64,000 nucleotides of DNA, taken from the NCBI GenBank assembly GCA_015228875.1, contig JADGCS010000007.1:1494-65493 (forward strand), given 5' to 3'. The translations under genes were made by a program, and so were the position numbers. Below are positions 9,198 through 19,112 of the stretch, piece by piece. The notes below the pieces were generated by a model. That model saw only the letters and a list, made by a program, of their open reading frames with translations, was not told where the DNA came from and did no database searches. This DNA comes from Deltaproteobacteria bacterium. Lineage in GTDB: Bacteria > UBA10199 > JADGCS01. Within the stretch, counting starts at the first letter, position 1. Every line of letters begins with the position of its first letter.

Positions 9198-10472
9198 TTA
9201 ACCTCCCAGGCTCACCAATGACCCCAGCAGTTCATTGACCACAGAAATTGTCCTAGTGTTTGCCTGAAAACCACGCTGGATAATCACCAGTTTAATGAGT
9301 TCGTTCGCAAGGTCCACGTTTGACTGCTCCAGTGTCGATGACAGAACAGCCCCCCGCCCCCCTGATTCAGCGATTGCCAGGAGCGGCACACCCGAAGTCA
9401 GCGAGTCATCCCATGCGTTGTGTCCCATCCTCTGCAGGGCCTGATTGTCGGCAAACAGTGCAATACCCACCTGCCCCAGTGTCAGACGCTGTCCGTTCGT
9501 GTATGTCCCGGAGATCGTCCCGTCTGTCCCTATCTCGATGGTGTTGAGGATGCCCGACGCGTACCCATCCTGTGTGATCGACGTGAGCGAAGAATCGCCG
9601 CCAAACTGTGTGATCCCGTCTAGTCCCGTGCTGGATGCAGACAAGACCGTGCCAAAATCAAATGTAATACTTTGATCCTGTGTTGCACCAACAAAGTCAA
9701 AATCGTTGGTGAGTTCGGTCGTACTGATCAAGGCACCGTTGGGATTAAACAGCAGGGTCCCGCTTGCCTCTATCTGCGCCGTTGTCGCGCCCGTGATATC
9801 ATCGGAATCACACACCGCGTACCATTCCCATTGTTCGTTCACACCAGCGGCGCCGTTGTTCCTGTAATAGAGGGTTAAAAGATGGCTCGAACCCAGAGAA
9901 TCATACACCGTCACGCCTGCCGAGTAGTTTGAGGTGTTGATCGGATCCGCGGCGTCAAAGGCCGCCGGCGTTGCTGCTGTGGCCGTCAGGTTGGCCGCAA
10001 CAGTCACGTTGTCGGTGCTGTTGGGGGCGTTGGGTTCATAGGAAAACTGAAAATCAACCTGTTCGGAGGTCACCGAATTGTTTTCATCGACGCCAAACCC
10101 CCTGAGCCTGTGTCCCTGAAGATTGACCACGTACCCGTCTTCATCAACAATAAACTGACCGGCCCGCGTGTAAATATACCTCTGGTTCACAAAATCGTTG
10201 ACCTCAAAAAAACCCTGGCCATCAATGGCAAGGTCCGTCACGCTTGAGGTGGCCTCAAACCCGCCCTGGGAAAACTGCTGCGTGGTCCCCGCAACACGGG
10301 ACCCCATGCCGGCAATCTGGCTCGAACCGGCTACAATGTCCGAAAACTCGGCACGGGAAGATTTGTACCCCGTCGTGTTGACGTTTGAAATATTGTCCCC
10401 GATCAGTGCCGTGACAGCGCCGTTGGCATTGATTCCGTTTACGCCTGAGTAGAGTGCTTGGTAAATAGTCAT
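9198..10472 (-). CDS. flgE: Flagellar hook protein FlgE
   Basis: 424 aa. N-terminal flagellar rod/hook motif (NISNVNTTGYKSSRAEFSDIVAG) and C-terminal hook/rod motif (DLANELIKLVIIQRGFQANTRTI). Confidence 0.9.
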   Translation of the reverse strand: MTIYQALYSGVNGINANGAVTALIGDNISNVNTTGYKSSRAEFSDIVAGSSQIAGMGSRVAGTTQQFSQGGFEATSSVTDLAIDGQGFFEVNDFVNQRYIYTRAGQFIVDEDGYVVNLQGHRLRGFGVDENNSVTSEQVDFQFSYEPNAPNSTDNVTVAANLTATAATPAAFDAADPINTSNYSAGVTVYDSLGSSHLLTLYYRNNGAAGVNEQWEWYAVCDSDDITGATTAQIEASGTLLFNPNGALISTTELTNDFDFVGATQDQSITFDFGTVLSASSTGLDGITQFGGDSSLTSITQDGYASGILNTIEIGTDGTISGTYTNGQRLTLGQVGIALFADNQALQRMGHNAWDDSLTSGVPLLAIAESGGRGAVLSSTLEQSNVDLANELIKLVIIQRGFQANTRTISVVNELLGSLVSLGG

Positions 10473-10523
10473 GGTAATAACCTCCTTGTCTGTCTATTAA
10501 GAAAAGCCTTGTCCCTGTTCACA

Positions 10524-11192
10524 TTAAAAAATCCTTTGAATGTCGGTGATACCAAAGTCGTCCTTGCCAATAGCAAAGACGGGGACACCACCCTCGAGCC
10601 GGATACTGTTGATCGTCCCCACCGAGTAGGTATTCACCGGAATGGCGTCTCCCACATCATTGTAGGCCTCCACTGTGTACGCATAGTAGCCGTCCTCCAG
10701 CGGTTTGTTGTCCATCCCAAGACCGCCAAAGGGGATCTGTTGCATACCCGCCGATTCAATCTGCGGTGAAAATTCGGATACAAGATTGTTAAACTTGTCA
10801 AAGACCCTGATGGTGGCCGTCTCGGGCACATGCGCAATCTCAAAATTAAGGCTGCCCTTGTTTTCCCCTTTGAGCTCAAATGTGTTGCCCTTCGCCAGTG
10901 CGCTTTTGCCAACCATAGAGGAGTACGTCGCGATTTGCGACCCCGCTGTGATGTTAACGAGACCCTCGACATTTTTGTTAAGGTCAAACAACTGCTCCAA
11001 CTGTCCCAGCGACATCATCTGCTGCGTCATCTGATCTGTGTCGGTTGGAGACAGGGGATCCTGATTTTTAAGCTGCGCCAGAAGAAGGGTCAAAAACTGC
11101 ATCTTGGTCTCTTCGATATCATCGCCTCCCGTGGTCCCCTGATACATACCAGTCTTTGATGTTGAAGAAGTTGATGAAATGTCATTGAGCAT
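10524..11192 (-). CDS. flgD: Flagellar hook assembly (capping) protein FlgD
   Basis: FlgD N-terminal motif (FLTLLLAQLKNQDPLSPTD). The ATG at 11192 is preferred over the track start at 11219 because it has an AAGGAG RBS 6 nt upstream. Confidence 0.85.
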   Translation of the reverse strand: MLNDISSTSSTSKTGMYQGTTGGDDIEETKMQFLTLLLAQLKNQDPLSPTDTDQMTQQMMSLGQLEQLFDLNKNVEGLVNITAGSQIATYSSMVGKSALAKGNTFELKGENKGSLNFEIAHVPETATIRVFDKFNNLVSEFSPQIESAGMQQIPFGGLGMDNKPLEDGYYAYTVEAYNDVGDAIPVNTYSVGTINSIRLEGGVPVFAIGKDDFGITDIQRIF

Positions 11193-11208
11193 AATGTCTC
11201 CTTCTTTA

Positions 11209-11291
11209 CAAGTTACCAACTTGACTTTGACGCGGTTGAATGCCTCTATTTTGCGAGGAATGCACCCGCGCTCTGTCAGCTTTGAAATTCC
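11209..11291 (+). mobile_element. MITE copy 3 (short ~83-bp variant) between flgD and fliK, overlapping the flgD RBS region
   Basis: CAAGTTACCAACTTGACTTTGACGCGGTTGAATGCC…GCACCCGCGCTCTGTCAGCTTTGAAATTCC. Confidence 0.8.
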
Positions 11292-11303
11292 TATACATTA
11301 AAA

Positions 11304-12827
11304 CTACGCAGTCACATCCAGATTTTTGGTGGAGCCTCTGTTTCTTTTTATTTTTTCACCCACCATCTCTCTTAATTTTTCAATCTCCTGCCTTTTGGTT
11401 TCACTGTGATCCTGATACATCCCCCTGTCCGTCTCATGCCGCTGCCTTGCAAAGTCCGAGATCACCTGTTGCTGATCTGTCTTAAAAAAATCCCTATCCT
11501 GAACCACTTCAAAGCTTGTGACCTCAAGTTTTTCGACCATCACAATTTCCTTGAGATACCCTGCGTGGCTCTCAAGCATGGACTTTGTGGCCTTTTCTTC
11601 CGTGATAATCTGAATCTTGACCTTATCGTTGTGCACACTGAACCTGATGTTGACCGCCCCAAGTTCTGGTGGATAAATCTGGATCCTGGTGATGCCTGAT
11701 TTTCCCGCCTGCGACATCTGCAGCATGATCTCCCCTATTTTTTCCCGCAGCGGGGCAAGATAGGACATGCCGACAACAGTCTGGTTGTTATTGTCTGCCA
11801 GACCCGTCAGCATGAACTGGGGAGGCACGTCGGAACCTGGCTGACCGGACTTGGACACCTCAAACATATTCTGCAAACCTTTGGCCTTGAAGTCGATGAT
11901 GCCTTCGGGGTCAAGTGTGTCCGCCGACATCAACACAAAATCACCCTTCTGATCTTTGGGGGCTTTAAGCCTGTTTAAATCAATGGCCACCACATCCATG
12001 ACCACATCTGGTTCCTGATCCAGACCAACGTAGGCGCCAACTGCACGCTGCGCCTCCAGAGATTTTGAGAGTGCTGAATTTTGTCCAGGTTGTGATTTTA
12101 AAAAATTGTCAGTCACATCTGACTGGAACATGTCTTTTAATGGACCCTTGATATCGACGGGTGCTGCCTGTTGCGTCTCTTCTACCATCATGTTTGATAT
12201 TTCAGCGGTCACCTCACTTGCGGACAGAATCTCCATCTGGTCCTGCGGGGCACCCAGCATCTCTCTGGGCACCTCCGAATGAATATCGACAGGCTCTTTT
12301 TGCGCCATCACAAGCTCCATCTGCTGCCTTAATGTTTCAACATCTATTTTTTTAAGAAGTTCCTCGGAGATGTTTCTGGCAGGCTTTACACTCTCGACGA
12401 CAATCTGCGTGAGAGGTCCCGCAGCATTGATCTGCTGCTCTGCCGGCATATTGTTTTTGAGCTGTTCAAAACTTAAATTGAGTTGATGTGCCAGTTCGGC
12501 AACATCAATCTTGTAGGTGTCTATCTCTGTCTGCTCCTGATCATTAAGCCCCTTTGTTCCCTCGTGTGATGCATCGTCCTTGTTGATTTTGTCGTCAGTA
12601 TCGGCCTCGCGGGTTTTGGCCTTTTTGTTCATGGCCATTTCTTCGGCCCCGGTCTCGTCTTTGTTGGATTCATTTTTTTCAGACGTCCCCTGCTTCGGGG
12701 AGGCCATATCAACAATACCACCAAAGGCATCGGCGTTTTCTGTGGGAGTCACGGAGTTGGCATTTGAGACGCTTTGTATGGCCGACATAACACTGGAACT
12801 GGCGCTGATTTCTTTGAGTCGCGACAT
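11304..12827 (-). CDS. fliK: Flagellar hook-length control protein FliK
   Basis: 507 aa. Low-complexity acidic N-terminal and central regions, and a FliK C-terminal domain (ITRIQIYPPELGAVNIRFSVHNDKVKIQIITEE). Position between ylxF-like and flgD as in B. subtilis. Confidence 0.8.
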   Translation of the reverse strand: MSRLKEISASSSVMSAIQSVSNANSVTPTENADAFGGIVDMASPKQGTSEKNESNKDETGAEEMAMNKKAKTREADTDDKINKDDASHEGTKGLNDQEQTEIDTYKIDVAELAHQLNLSFEQLKNNMPAEQQINAAGPLTQIVVESVKPARNISEELLKKIDVETLRQQMELVMAQKEPVDIHSEVPREMLGAPQDQMEILSASEVTAEISNMMVEETQQAAPVDIKGPLKDMFQSDVTDNFLKSQPGQNSALSKSLEAQRAVGAYVGLDQEPDVVMDVVAIDLNRLKAPKDQKGDFVLMSADTLDPEGIIDFKAKGLQNMFEVSKSGQPGSDVPPQFMLTGLADNNNQTVVGMSYLAPLREKIGEIMLQMSQAGKSGITRIQIYPPELGAVNIRFSVHNDKVKIQIITEEKATKSMLESHAGYLKEIVMVEKLEVTSFEVVQDRDFFKTDQQQVISDFARQRHETDRGMYQDHSETKRQEIEKLREMVGEKIKRNRGSTKNLDVTA

Positions 12828-12900
12828 TGTTTATCTCCTCCACCCCGCATCAGAGGCTGTCTAAATCGACAGCCTCATCACACGAGGTGCCTTGCGATCT

Positions 12901-13677
12901 TTAGAACCCCCTGACAATTCTGCTGGACAGGGCCGCTGACAGTTTGGGGTCCATAGCGCTTAATATCTTCCCCAGTTTTTTGGCCTGCATGCCTCTTAAA
13001 ATGGCAAGCGTCATATCAAGATCAAGATTGGTGAGCCTTGCCGCAGCCTCTTCCGGGCTGAAGCTTTCATACAGCCTGACCATCTTGTCGAGCTGTGGGT
13101 TGTCCTTGAGATTGGAAGGATCATACTGCACAATCTTTTTGATCCTTTCTTCGATCTCCAGATAATTTTTGGTCAGGCCCTCCATCCTCTCTTTCATCTC
13201 GGCAAGCAGTTTTTCTTCCTGTTTGAGGCTGCGCTCCTTCTCTTTAAGTCTTTCCGACAAGTCGTCCAGATAAACCGTAAATTCCTTGCAAGTCTCGGGT
13301 GTCTTGTAAATCACCTTTACATTTTCTTCTTCGCTATATTCGCTCACGTCCTTGTCGACAACCTCTGTGGATTTAATATTGGTCTTTGCCCCAATCTGTT
13401 TTGGTTTTTCATCCTCCGCCGTCTTTACCGCGGTCTGCTGCTTTTTTGTGGCTGCTGCGGGTGTCTTTTTTGTCTCAGCTGTTTTTTTCTCGTCCTTTGC
13501 TTCTTCCTCTTTTTCTTTCCCTTCTTTTTTTTCTTCTTTGGATGCTTTCATTTCCTCCTGCTTGATCCCCTCAACCTCTTCGCCTTTTTTTGCGGCCGCT
13601 CTGGTATTAAGAACCCCAAAGATAAGAACCGAAACAAAGATCCCGACAACCATCCCTGTCATAAAATTTCTTTTCAT
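12901..13677 (-). CDS. YlxF/MotE/FlbB-like flagellar protein with a MgtE_N-like C-terminal domain
   Basis: 258 aa. Signal/TM segment, Lys/Glu-rich coiled coil, and a C-terminal MgtE-N-like segment (LTNLDLDMTLAILRGMQAKKLGKILSAMDPKLSAAL). Position between fliJ and fliK matches B. subtilis ylxF. Confidence 0.5.
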   Translation of the reverse strand: MKRNFMTGMVVGIFVSVLIFGVLNTRAAAKKGEEVEGIKQEEMKASKEEKKEGKEKEEEAKDEKKTAETKKTPAAATKKQQTAVKTAEDEKPKQIGAKTNIKSTEVVDKDVSEYSEEENVKVIYKTPETCKEFTVYLDDLSERLKEKERSLKQEEKLLAEMKERMEGLTKNYLEIEERIKKIVQYDPSNLKDNPQLDKMVRLYESFSPEEAAARLTNLDLDMTLAILRGMQAKKLGKILSAMDPKLSAALSSRIVRGF

Positions 13678-13735
13678 AAGCCACCCTCTTTAAATGCGCG
13701 CTGACGCATTTGTTTCCCTTGCCGCTTCACAACAT

Positions 13736-14182
13736 TTACATGGCCTGCCTGGCAAAACTTAACACAGCCATTTCATCACTCAGTTTTTCTTCCTGCCTGT
13801 TAAATTCTGCCCTGTATTCATTAAGCCTCTTGTCGCGCAGGTGCTCCAGCATTTTGACCTCGCGTTTCACCTCGGTGTATTGCCGGATCACATCCTCTTT
13901 TTTTCGCTGATACACCTCAAGACTGATCATAAGCTGTTCACGGTAGCGGTACAGTCCCTGAATATGATAATCGATAATCGAAAGCTGCACCGCATTAAAT
14001 CCTCTCCGCATCACCGTATTATAATAACTGGACCAGTCGCTGACTTTTTCTTCTGTGTCCTTTATTTTGTTTTCCTGTTCCGCAACCAGACGCTGTATTC
14101 CCATCAGTTCGTTGCGTATCTCTTTTTCAACGGACTGTTTGATACGTAACATCCCCTGCAATTTGTATTTAAACTTTTTCAT
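13736..14182 (-). CDS. fliJ: Flagellar export chaperone FliJ
   Basis: 148-aa all-coiled-coil protein between fliI and ylxF-like. The family is poorly conserved, so the call rests on context. Confidence 0.7.
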   Translation of the reverse strand: MKKFKYKLQGMLRIKQSVEKEIRNELMGIQRLVAEQENKIKDTEEKVSDWSSYYNTVMRRGFNAVQLSIIDYHIQGLYRYREQLMISLEVYQRKKEDVIRQYTEVKREVKMLEHLRDKRLNEYRAEFNRQEEKLSDEMAVLSFARQAM

Positions 14183-14204
14183 TTAACACACCTTCAAGTT
14201 ACTA

Positions 14205-14277
14205 ACTTGACTCTGACGCGGTTGAGTTCCTTCGCTATGCGAGGCAGGCATCCGCGCCCTGTCAACTTTAAAATTCC
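14205..14277 (+). mobile_element. MITE copy 4 (short) between fliJ and fliI
   Basis: CAAGTTACTAACTTGACTCTGACGCGGTTGAGTTCC…CATCCGCGCCCTGTCAACTTTAAAATTCC. Confidence 0.75.
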
Positions 14278-14289
14278 CGGACATTACAC

Positions 14290-15618
14290 TTACTGTGCAA
14301 GTTGTCTCAACCAGGTCTGTGTCTCGGCAAAACCTGATTTTTCGGTGATATCCTGTCTTAAAAATTGTTTAATGTGTCGTATTTTTTTTACGGCCTCATC
14401 TAGCTCGCTGTTTTTTCCCGGGATGTACGCGCCAATGTTGATGTAGTCTTCCATCTCGGTATAGTTTGCAAGCAGCGCCCTGACCTTTCTGGCGTTCGTC
14501 TGATGGCCTTCGTCGGTCACATCGATCATCACACGAGACAGTGAATTAAGAACATCAATGGATGGGTAGTGTCCCTCGTTTGACAATTTTCTGCTTAAAA
14601 CAATGTGACCGTCGGTGATGGATCTCACGCAGTCGGCAATGGGGTCGTTGATATCGTCACCCTCCGTGAGAATGGTATAAAATCCCGTGATGCTGCCCTG
14701 ATGCGCGGTTGTCCCGGCCCTTTCCAGAAGCTTGGGCAGCGTTGTAAAAGTGGATGGCGTGTACCCTCTGGATGTGGGAGGCTCTCCTACAGAAAGTCCC
14801 ACCTCGCGTGTCGCCATTGAAAAACGTGTCAGGCTGTCCATGAGCAGAAGGACCTTTGATCCCCTGTCGCGAAAATATTCTGCAATGGCTGTGGCCACAA
14901 AGGCACATCTCATACGGATGAGCGGCGGTGTATCACTTGTAGCCACAACAACAACAGAGCGTCTCAACCCCTCTTCGCCCAGATCCTTTTCGATAAAATC
15001 CCTGACCTCCCTCGCCCTTTCACCCAGCAGTGCAATCACGTTGATATCGCTCTCTGTGTAGCGGGCCATCATGCCCAGGAGCGTTGATTTTCCCACACCG
15101 GAACCCGACATAATCGCGACCCTTTGTCCTTCCGCACAGGTCATCAGGCTGTCAATCGCCCGAACCCCGAGACTCACGGGCGTCTGCACACGCTTTCTGC
15201 CCATGGCCGCTATGGGGCTCTGGTACAGGGGATACTCGCTCTCGTATTGTATTTTTCCCGCATTATCCATTTCGCTGCCGTCGGGATTGATGACCCTGCC
15301 CAATAATTTTTTTCCAACCTTAACACGGGCCCTGTTTTGTACCACCTTGACATGACTGCCTATCCTGACACCGGCAACATCCCCAATCATCATCATCTGA
15401 ACATGGTTTTCTTTAAGACCAATCACCTCGGCCTGCCGTTTTTTATTATCATCTTCTGTAAACACATCACAGATAGCACCAATGGGCGCATCGGGGAGCG
15501 ATGCCTCGACCACAAGCCCAAGCACCCGGCTGACCTTGCCCAGTGTCTCGAAACGCCGTGCACCCCTTATTTTATCAAGGTAAGGGGTACTTTCAAATTT
15601 TTGTCTCTGTGTTGTCAT
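14290..15618 (-). CDS. fliI: Flagellum-specific ATP synthase FliI
   Basis: 442 aa. Walker A (GSGVGKSTLLGMMAR) and an F1/T3SS ATPase fold. Confidence 0.95.
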   Translation of the reverse strand: MTTQRQKFESTPYLDKIRGARRFETLGKVSRVLGLVVEASLPDAPIGAICDVFTEDDNKKRQAEVIGLKENHVQMMMIGDVAGVRIGSHVKVVQNRARVKVGKKLLGRVINPDGSEMDNAGKIQYESEYPLYQSPIAAMGRKRVQTPVSLGVRAIDSLMTCAEGQRVAIMSGSGVGKSTLLGMMARYTESDINVIALLGERAREVRDFIEKDLGEEGLRRSVVVVATSDTPPLIRMRCAFVATAIAEYFRDRGSKVLLLMDSLTRFSMATREVGLSVGEPPTSRGYTPSTFTTLPKLLERAGTTAHQGSITGFYTILTEGDDINDPIADCVRSITDGHIVLSRKLSNEGHYPSIDVLNSLSRVMIDVTDEGHQTNARKVRALLANYTEMEDYINIGAYIPGKNSELDEAVKKIRHIKQFLRQDITEKSGFAETQTWLRQLAQ

Positions 15619-15650
15619 ATTCTGTCATCAAATAATTTTACAAGTTACCA

Positions 15651-15675
15651 ACCTGACCTTAATGCCTGTACATCA
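15651..15675 (+). mobile_element. MITE fragment (5' terminus only) between fliI and fliH
   Basis: CAAGTTACCAACCTGACCTTAATGCC matches the element terminus. The rest is missing. Confidence 0.45.
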
Positions 15676-15677
15676 AT

Positions 15678-16367
15678 TCATGTGGGCCCCGTCTCCCCGG
15701 CCGGTGCAAAGAGAATGTGTTCCTTCATGTTGTTGATCACTGTGATCATTGAGGCATCCAGTCTGTACTGATCTGTATCCAGAAAAATCTCTCCCTGTGC
15801 CAGGCGGCTGTCGCCGATCCATTTTATCCTTGAATTCTCCATGAGGCGCTTGACATTGTCATCCTGTGACGCCTTTATAGAAGCGAGGTCTTCCTGCGCG
15901 ATCCTGATCTCAACGGGCGCTGTTGTTCTGACAGACTCAAGTGCCAGGCAGATCTGTTTTGTCAAAAGAACCGGATCGGCCTTGATCGCTGTCAGGACCA
16001 TCTTTTCGGCAAGGGCAAGGGCAAAGGTTGCCAGTTCATCGGCATTTGACTCCCAATGGCTCTTTTTTATTTTTTCAAACTCCTCCATAATTTTTCCAAT
16101 GCATTCTGCCTGTTCTGACAGTCTGGCTGTTGTGTCCTCTGTCTCCTTAAGTTTTGCTGCCACGATCTCTTGTTGTCTCTGGATCTCCCCTTTTAACTCA
16201 TTAATCTTTTTTTCTTTAGCCCTGATGATTTCCTCATAGTTTTCTTTTGAGCTGAGATCCTTAAAGACCGACCAGTCGTCAAAAGAAACCCTGGAGCCGT
16301 TTACAAGCTGGTCCTTGCCAAAGCCGTCCAGTTCCTTAAAGAATCCCTGTCCTAAAGTTTCCTGCAT
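15678..16367 (-). CDS. fliH: Flagellar assembly protein FliH
   Basis: 229 aa. Coiled-coil N-terminus and a FliH C-terminal domain. Sits between fliG and fliI. Confidence 0.7.
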   Translation of the reverse strand: MQETLGQGFFKELDGFGKDQLVNGSRVSFDDWSVFKDLSSKENYEEIIRAKEKKINELKGEIQRQQEIVAAKLKETEDTTARLSEQAECIGKIMEEFEKIKKSHWESNADELATFALALAEKMVLTAIKADPVLLTKQICLALESVRTTAPVEIRIAQEDLASIKASQDDNVKRLMENSRIKWIGDSRLAQGEIFLDTDQYRLDASMITVINNMKEHILFAPAGETGPT

Positions 16368-16394
16368 CGTTTTATCTCCATCTGTTGCACCACA

Positions 16395-17447
16395 TTAATC
16401 ATCCGCCAAGGGCGCCAATGCCATTTGTCCTTCCATAATCAATTTCTTGGCCTCTTCCAAAATCGCATCAACAGCGGCCTCAACATCTTCGGCCTTTTGC
16501 TCGCGCATGACTTCCATGTCTTCCCGCATCAGTGTGGCCGCGCGCGTAGACATATTTGAAAAAAACAGGTCCTGTATTTCTGTGGGCTGGCCCTTGAGGG
16601 CCAGGGACAACGAGGCCATCTCGACGCTGCGGAGCAGTGCCCGAACACCGTGGCCATCGGCCCTTTTTAAATCTTCCATTGTAAAAAACTTTTTTCTCAA
16701 AACAGCCGCCACCTTGGGATTTTTTTTCTCAATCTGCGCAATCACTTCTTCTGCCTTTGTCCAGTCAAGCCCTTTGACATATCTTAAGACATGATCACTG
16801 CCCTCTACTTCAACGGCCTTTTTCTTTCCTGCAGCGCCGGTGCTCAGATCACCCGATGCCAGTTTGTTTCTGTAGTTATCTGCAAGAAAGTTGATCAGAT
16901 CTTCCGGAACCTTTGAGAGAACAGACATCCTGTACAGACAGTCCGCCTGCGGTTTCTTTTCCATTTTTTTGATAACCAGACTCGAAAGCATCGGTTTAAT
17001 CAGTGACAAAATCACGGCGATCGTCTGAGGGTGTTCATCCTGTATCAGGGAGTAGATCTGATCGGGAGAGAGTTCATCGAACATGCTTTCGAGGGGATTC
17101 TGTTTGGACCCCTTGCCACCCTTGATGTTCTTGATCTTGAGAATGCGGCCCTTGCGTTCTTCGGGCAGAGACTTGCTGACAAGTTTATTGTACAGTTTTT
17201 CTCCGGACATCTGCCCGGCTTCAATGCCAAGGTCGTTGTGAAACTCGGTTAACACCTCATTCATGCTTGCGATGGGAATTTCTCCCATCCCCAAAAGTAT
17301 GTTTCCGAGTTTTTTGATATCCTCATCTGACATGTAGTCAAACAAACGGGCCACGCCTTTTTCTTCCAGCAAAAGAAAAATCAGCGCCGCTTTTTGTGCA
17401 CGGGAAATCGTATTTACGTTTGCATTGCCTTTGGTTTTCTCTGCCAT
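16395..17447 (-). CDS. fliG: Flagellar motor switch protein FliG
   Basis: 350 aa. FliG N-terminal, middle and C-terminal domains (…MEDLKRADGHGVRALLRSVEMASLSLALKG…). Confidence 0.9.
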   Translation of the reverse strand: MAEKTKGNANVNTISRAQKAALIFLLLEEKGVARLFDYMSDEDIKKLGNILLGMGEIPIASMNEVLTEFHNDLGIEAGQMSGEKLYNKLVSKSLPEERKGRILKIKNIKGGKGSKQNPLESMFDELSPDQIYSLIQDEHPQTIAVILSLIKPMLSSLVIKKMEKKPQADCLYRMSVLSKVPEDLINFLADNYRNKLASGDLSTGAAGKKKAVEVEGSDHVLRYVKGLDWTKAEEVIAQIEKKNPKVAAVLRKKFFTMEDLKRADGHGVRALLRSVEMASLSLALKGQPTEIQDLFFSNMSTRAATLMREDMEVMREQKAEDVEAAVDAILEEAKKLIMEGQMALAPLADD

Positions 17448-17479
17448 TTTTTCTCCACGCTATTTCTTAACTTGTTTTC

Positions 17480-17535
17480 TCCGCTGTGTATTCACATTCA
17501 CTGCACACACAAGTTACTCAATATGTACCCTCTCA
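17480..17535 (+). repeat. Possible degenerate MITE remnant in the fliG-fliF intergenic region
   Basis: CTTAACTTG…CACACAAGTTACTCAATATG reproduces only the CAAGTTAC/GTAACTTG terminal palindrome of the element. Confidence 0.3.
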
Positions 17536-19068
17536 TTCAAGCCACTTTTTAAGAACCTCAACCATGTCCCCTGGATTGGTAGCTGCTTTTTTCTCCAGAG
17601 CCATTTTCGCCTCATCAGTTGTCAGCATTTTTTGCCCTCCCTCGGCCAAGGCAGGGAATCCGGCACCCATACCTGCGACAGCCAGCGTGTCACGCCGCCG
17701 CACATTCCAAGCGCCGATCACAGGGCGAATCACAAAGAGGATGATGAGGATTGCAATCATCGCGATCACCACATTTACAATGATGCCGAGATAAAACGAA
17801 TTACTGCTCACATCGACAAGAGACGAAGACTCCTGTTGTGCAAAAAGCGTTTCGGGATTCTGAAAGGCAAGATTCATGACCCTGATCTGATCCCCACGTG
17901 CTTGATTAAAACCAACCGCGCTTTTAATAATATCTTCAAAGCTTTGTATTTCTTCCGGCGTTCGTGCTGCGTACGCTGTTGTGCCGTCTTCATTTTTCTG
18001 ATACACACCATCGATGATCACAGCCACCGACAGGTTTTTGAGATTTCCGGTGGGGTGATTGATGTGCTGAATCTGTTTGCTCACCTCGTAGGTCATGGTC
18101 TCGGTCTGCACATCCTTTTGTTTGCCGGCACCAGCTGCCTGTTTTTCTTCGCCAGCGGTTTCCTCCGACTCCTTGTTTCTGGTCCGTGTTTCGTTTCTCA
18201 CTGCAATGGAGTCAGGGTCATATTTTTCCTCTGTTGTTTCCTTTGATGTAAAATCCAGATCCGCTGTCACCTTGACCCTGATCTTGCCAAACCCGACAAT
18301 CGGTTCGAGAAGCGACCTGACCTTTTGTTCATACGCAGATTCGAGATCACTTTTTTTCTGCATGCCACCGGCACCGCCCATCGCATCGCCATCGGTGTTG
18401 TCGGCCGTCAAGAGGGAGCCATCGGTTGTCACCACAGTCACCTTGGACGCATCCAGATTGGATACGCTGGTGCTGACAAGGTGCACAATGCTTCTTACCG
18501 TTTCTTCGCGAATCTTTTCACCAGCCTCCAGTTTTAAAATAATTGAGGCCGTCGCGCCTTCTTTGTCCTTTAAAAAAACAGATTCCTGGGGAACGACCAG
18601 ATGAACACGCGAGTCTTCGATCTCCATGAACTCGTTGATGGTCCTCTGCAGCTCTCCCTGCAAGGCCCTCTGGTAATTGAGGCGTTGTTCAAAATCGGTC
18701 ATGCCAAACGAGTTTTTGTCAAAGATCTCAAATCCAACACCGCCGTATTTGGGCAGACCATCCTTTGACAACTTGATGCGTGTCTCCAGAACCTTGCTCC
18801 CGGGAACCAGAATGGCCTTGGAGTCGGACTGGATCTGATATTCCACATTGTATTTGTCGAGGGCTGTGGCAATGGCCGTGATGTCCTCTGTTTCAAGATT
18901 ACTGAACAACACCTGATACTCGGATTTTCCCGACAACTGCCCCAGAAAAACAAGAATCGCCACACTCACACCCACAGTGATGAGGATCGAGAGTTTTTTG
19001 AGAAACGGCATCTCAACAATCAGTGTTTTGATCTGCTGAAAAGTTTCATTGAGCTTTATGTCCGCCAT
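17533..19068 (-). CDS. fliF: Flagellar MS-ring protein FliF
   Basis: 511 aa. N-terminal TM, YscJ/FliF periplasmic domains, and a C-terminal TM. Confidence 0.9.
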   Translation of the reverse strand: MADIKLNETFQQIKTLIVEMPFLKKLSILITVGVSVAILVFLGQLSGKSEYQVLFSNLETEDITAIATALDKYNVEYQIQSDSKAILVPGSKVLETRIKLSKDGLPKYGGVGFEIFDKNSFGMTDFEQRLNYQRALQGELQRTINEFMEIEDSRVHLVVPQESVFLKDKEGATASIILKLEAGEKIREETVRSIVHLVSTSVSNLDASKVTVVTTDGSLLTADNTDGDAMGGAGGMQKKSDLESAYEQKVRSLLEPIVGFGKIRVKVTADLDFTSKETTEEKYDPDSIAVRNETRTRNKESEETAGEEKQAAGAGKQKDVQTETMTYEVSKQIQHINHPTGNLKNLSVAVIIDGVYQKNEDGTTAYAARTPEEIQSFEDIIKSAVGFNQARGDQIRVMNLAFQNPETLFAQQESSSLVDVSSNSFYLGIIVNVVIAMIAILIILFVIRPVIGAWNVRRRDTLAVAGMGAGFPALAEGGQKMLTTDEAKMALEKKAATNPGDMVEVLKKWLE

Positions 19069-19112
19069 TCTGTCTCTCCTTTCAAGCTACGAACTTGACT
19101 GTCACATCCGAT

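Noticed and set aside
8643-9221. 192-aa plus-strand ORF spanning fliL and the terminator
   Set aside because: It is antisense to fliL, runs through a Rho-independent terminator, and its FFFFFFF stretch comes from an A/T homopolymer. Judged spurious.
9205-9225. GCCGATAA sigma-28 -10-like octamer near the flgE 3' end
   Set aside because: No TAAA -35 partner at 15-16 bp, and it lies upstream of a terminator and so not before fliL. Probably coincidental.
17425-18246. 273-aa plus-strand ORF
   Set aside because: Antisense shadow of fliF. No independent support.
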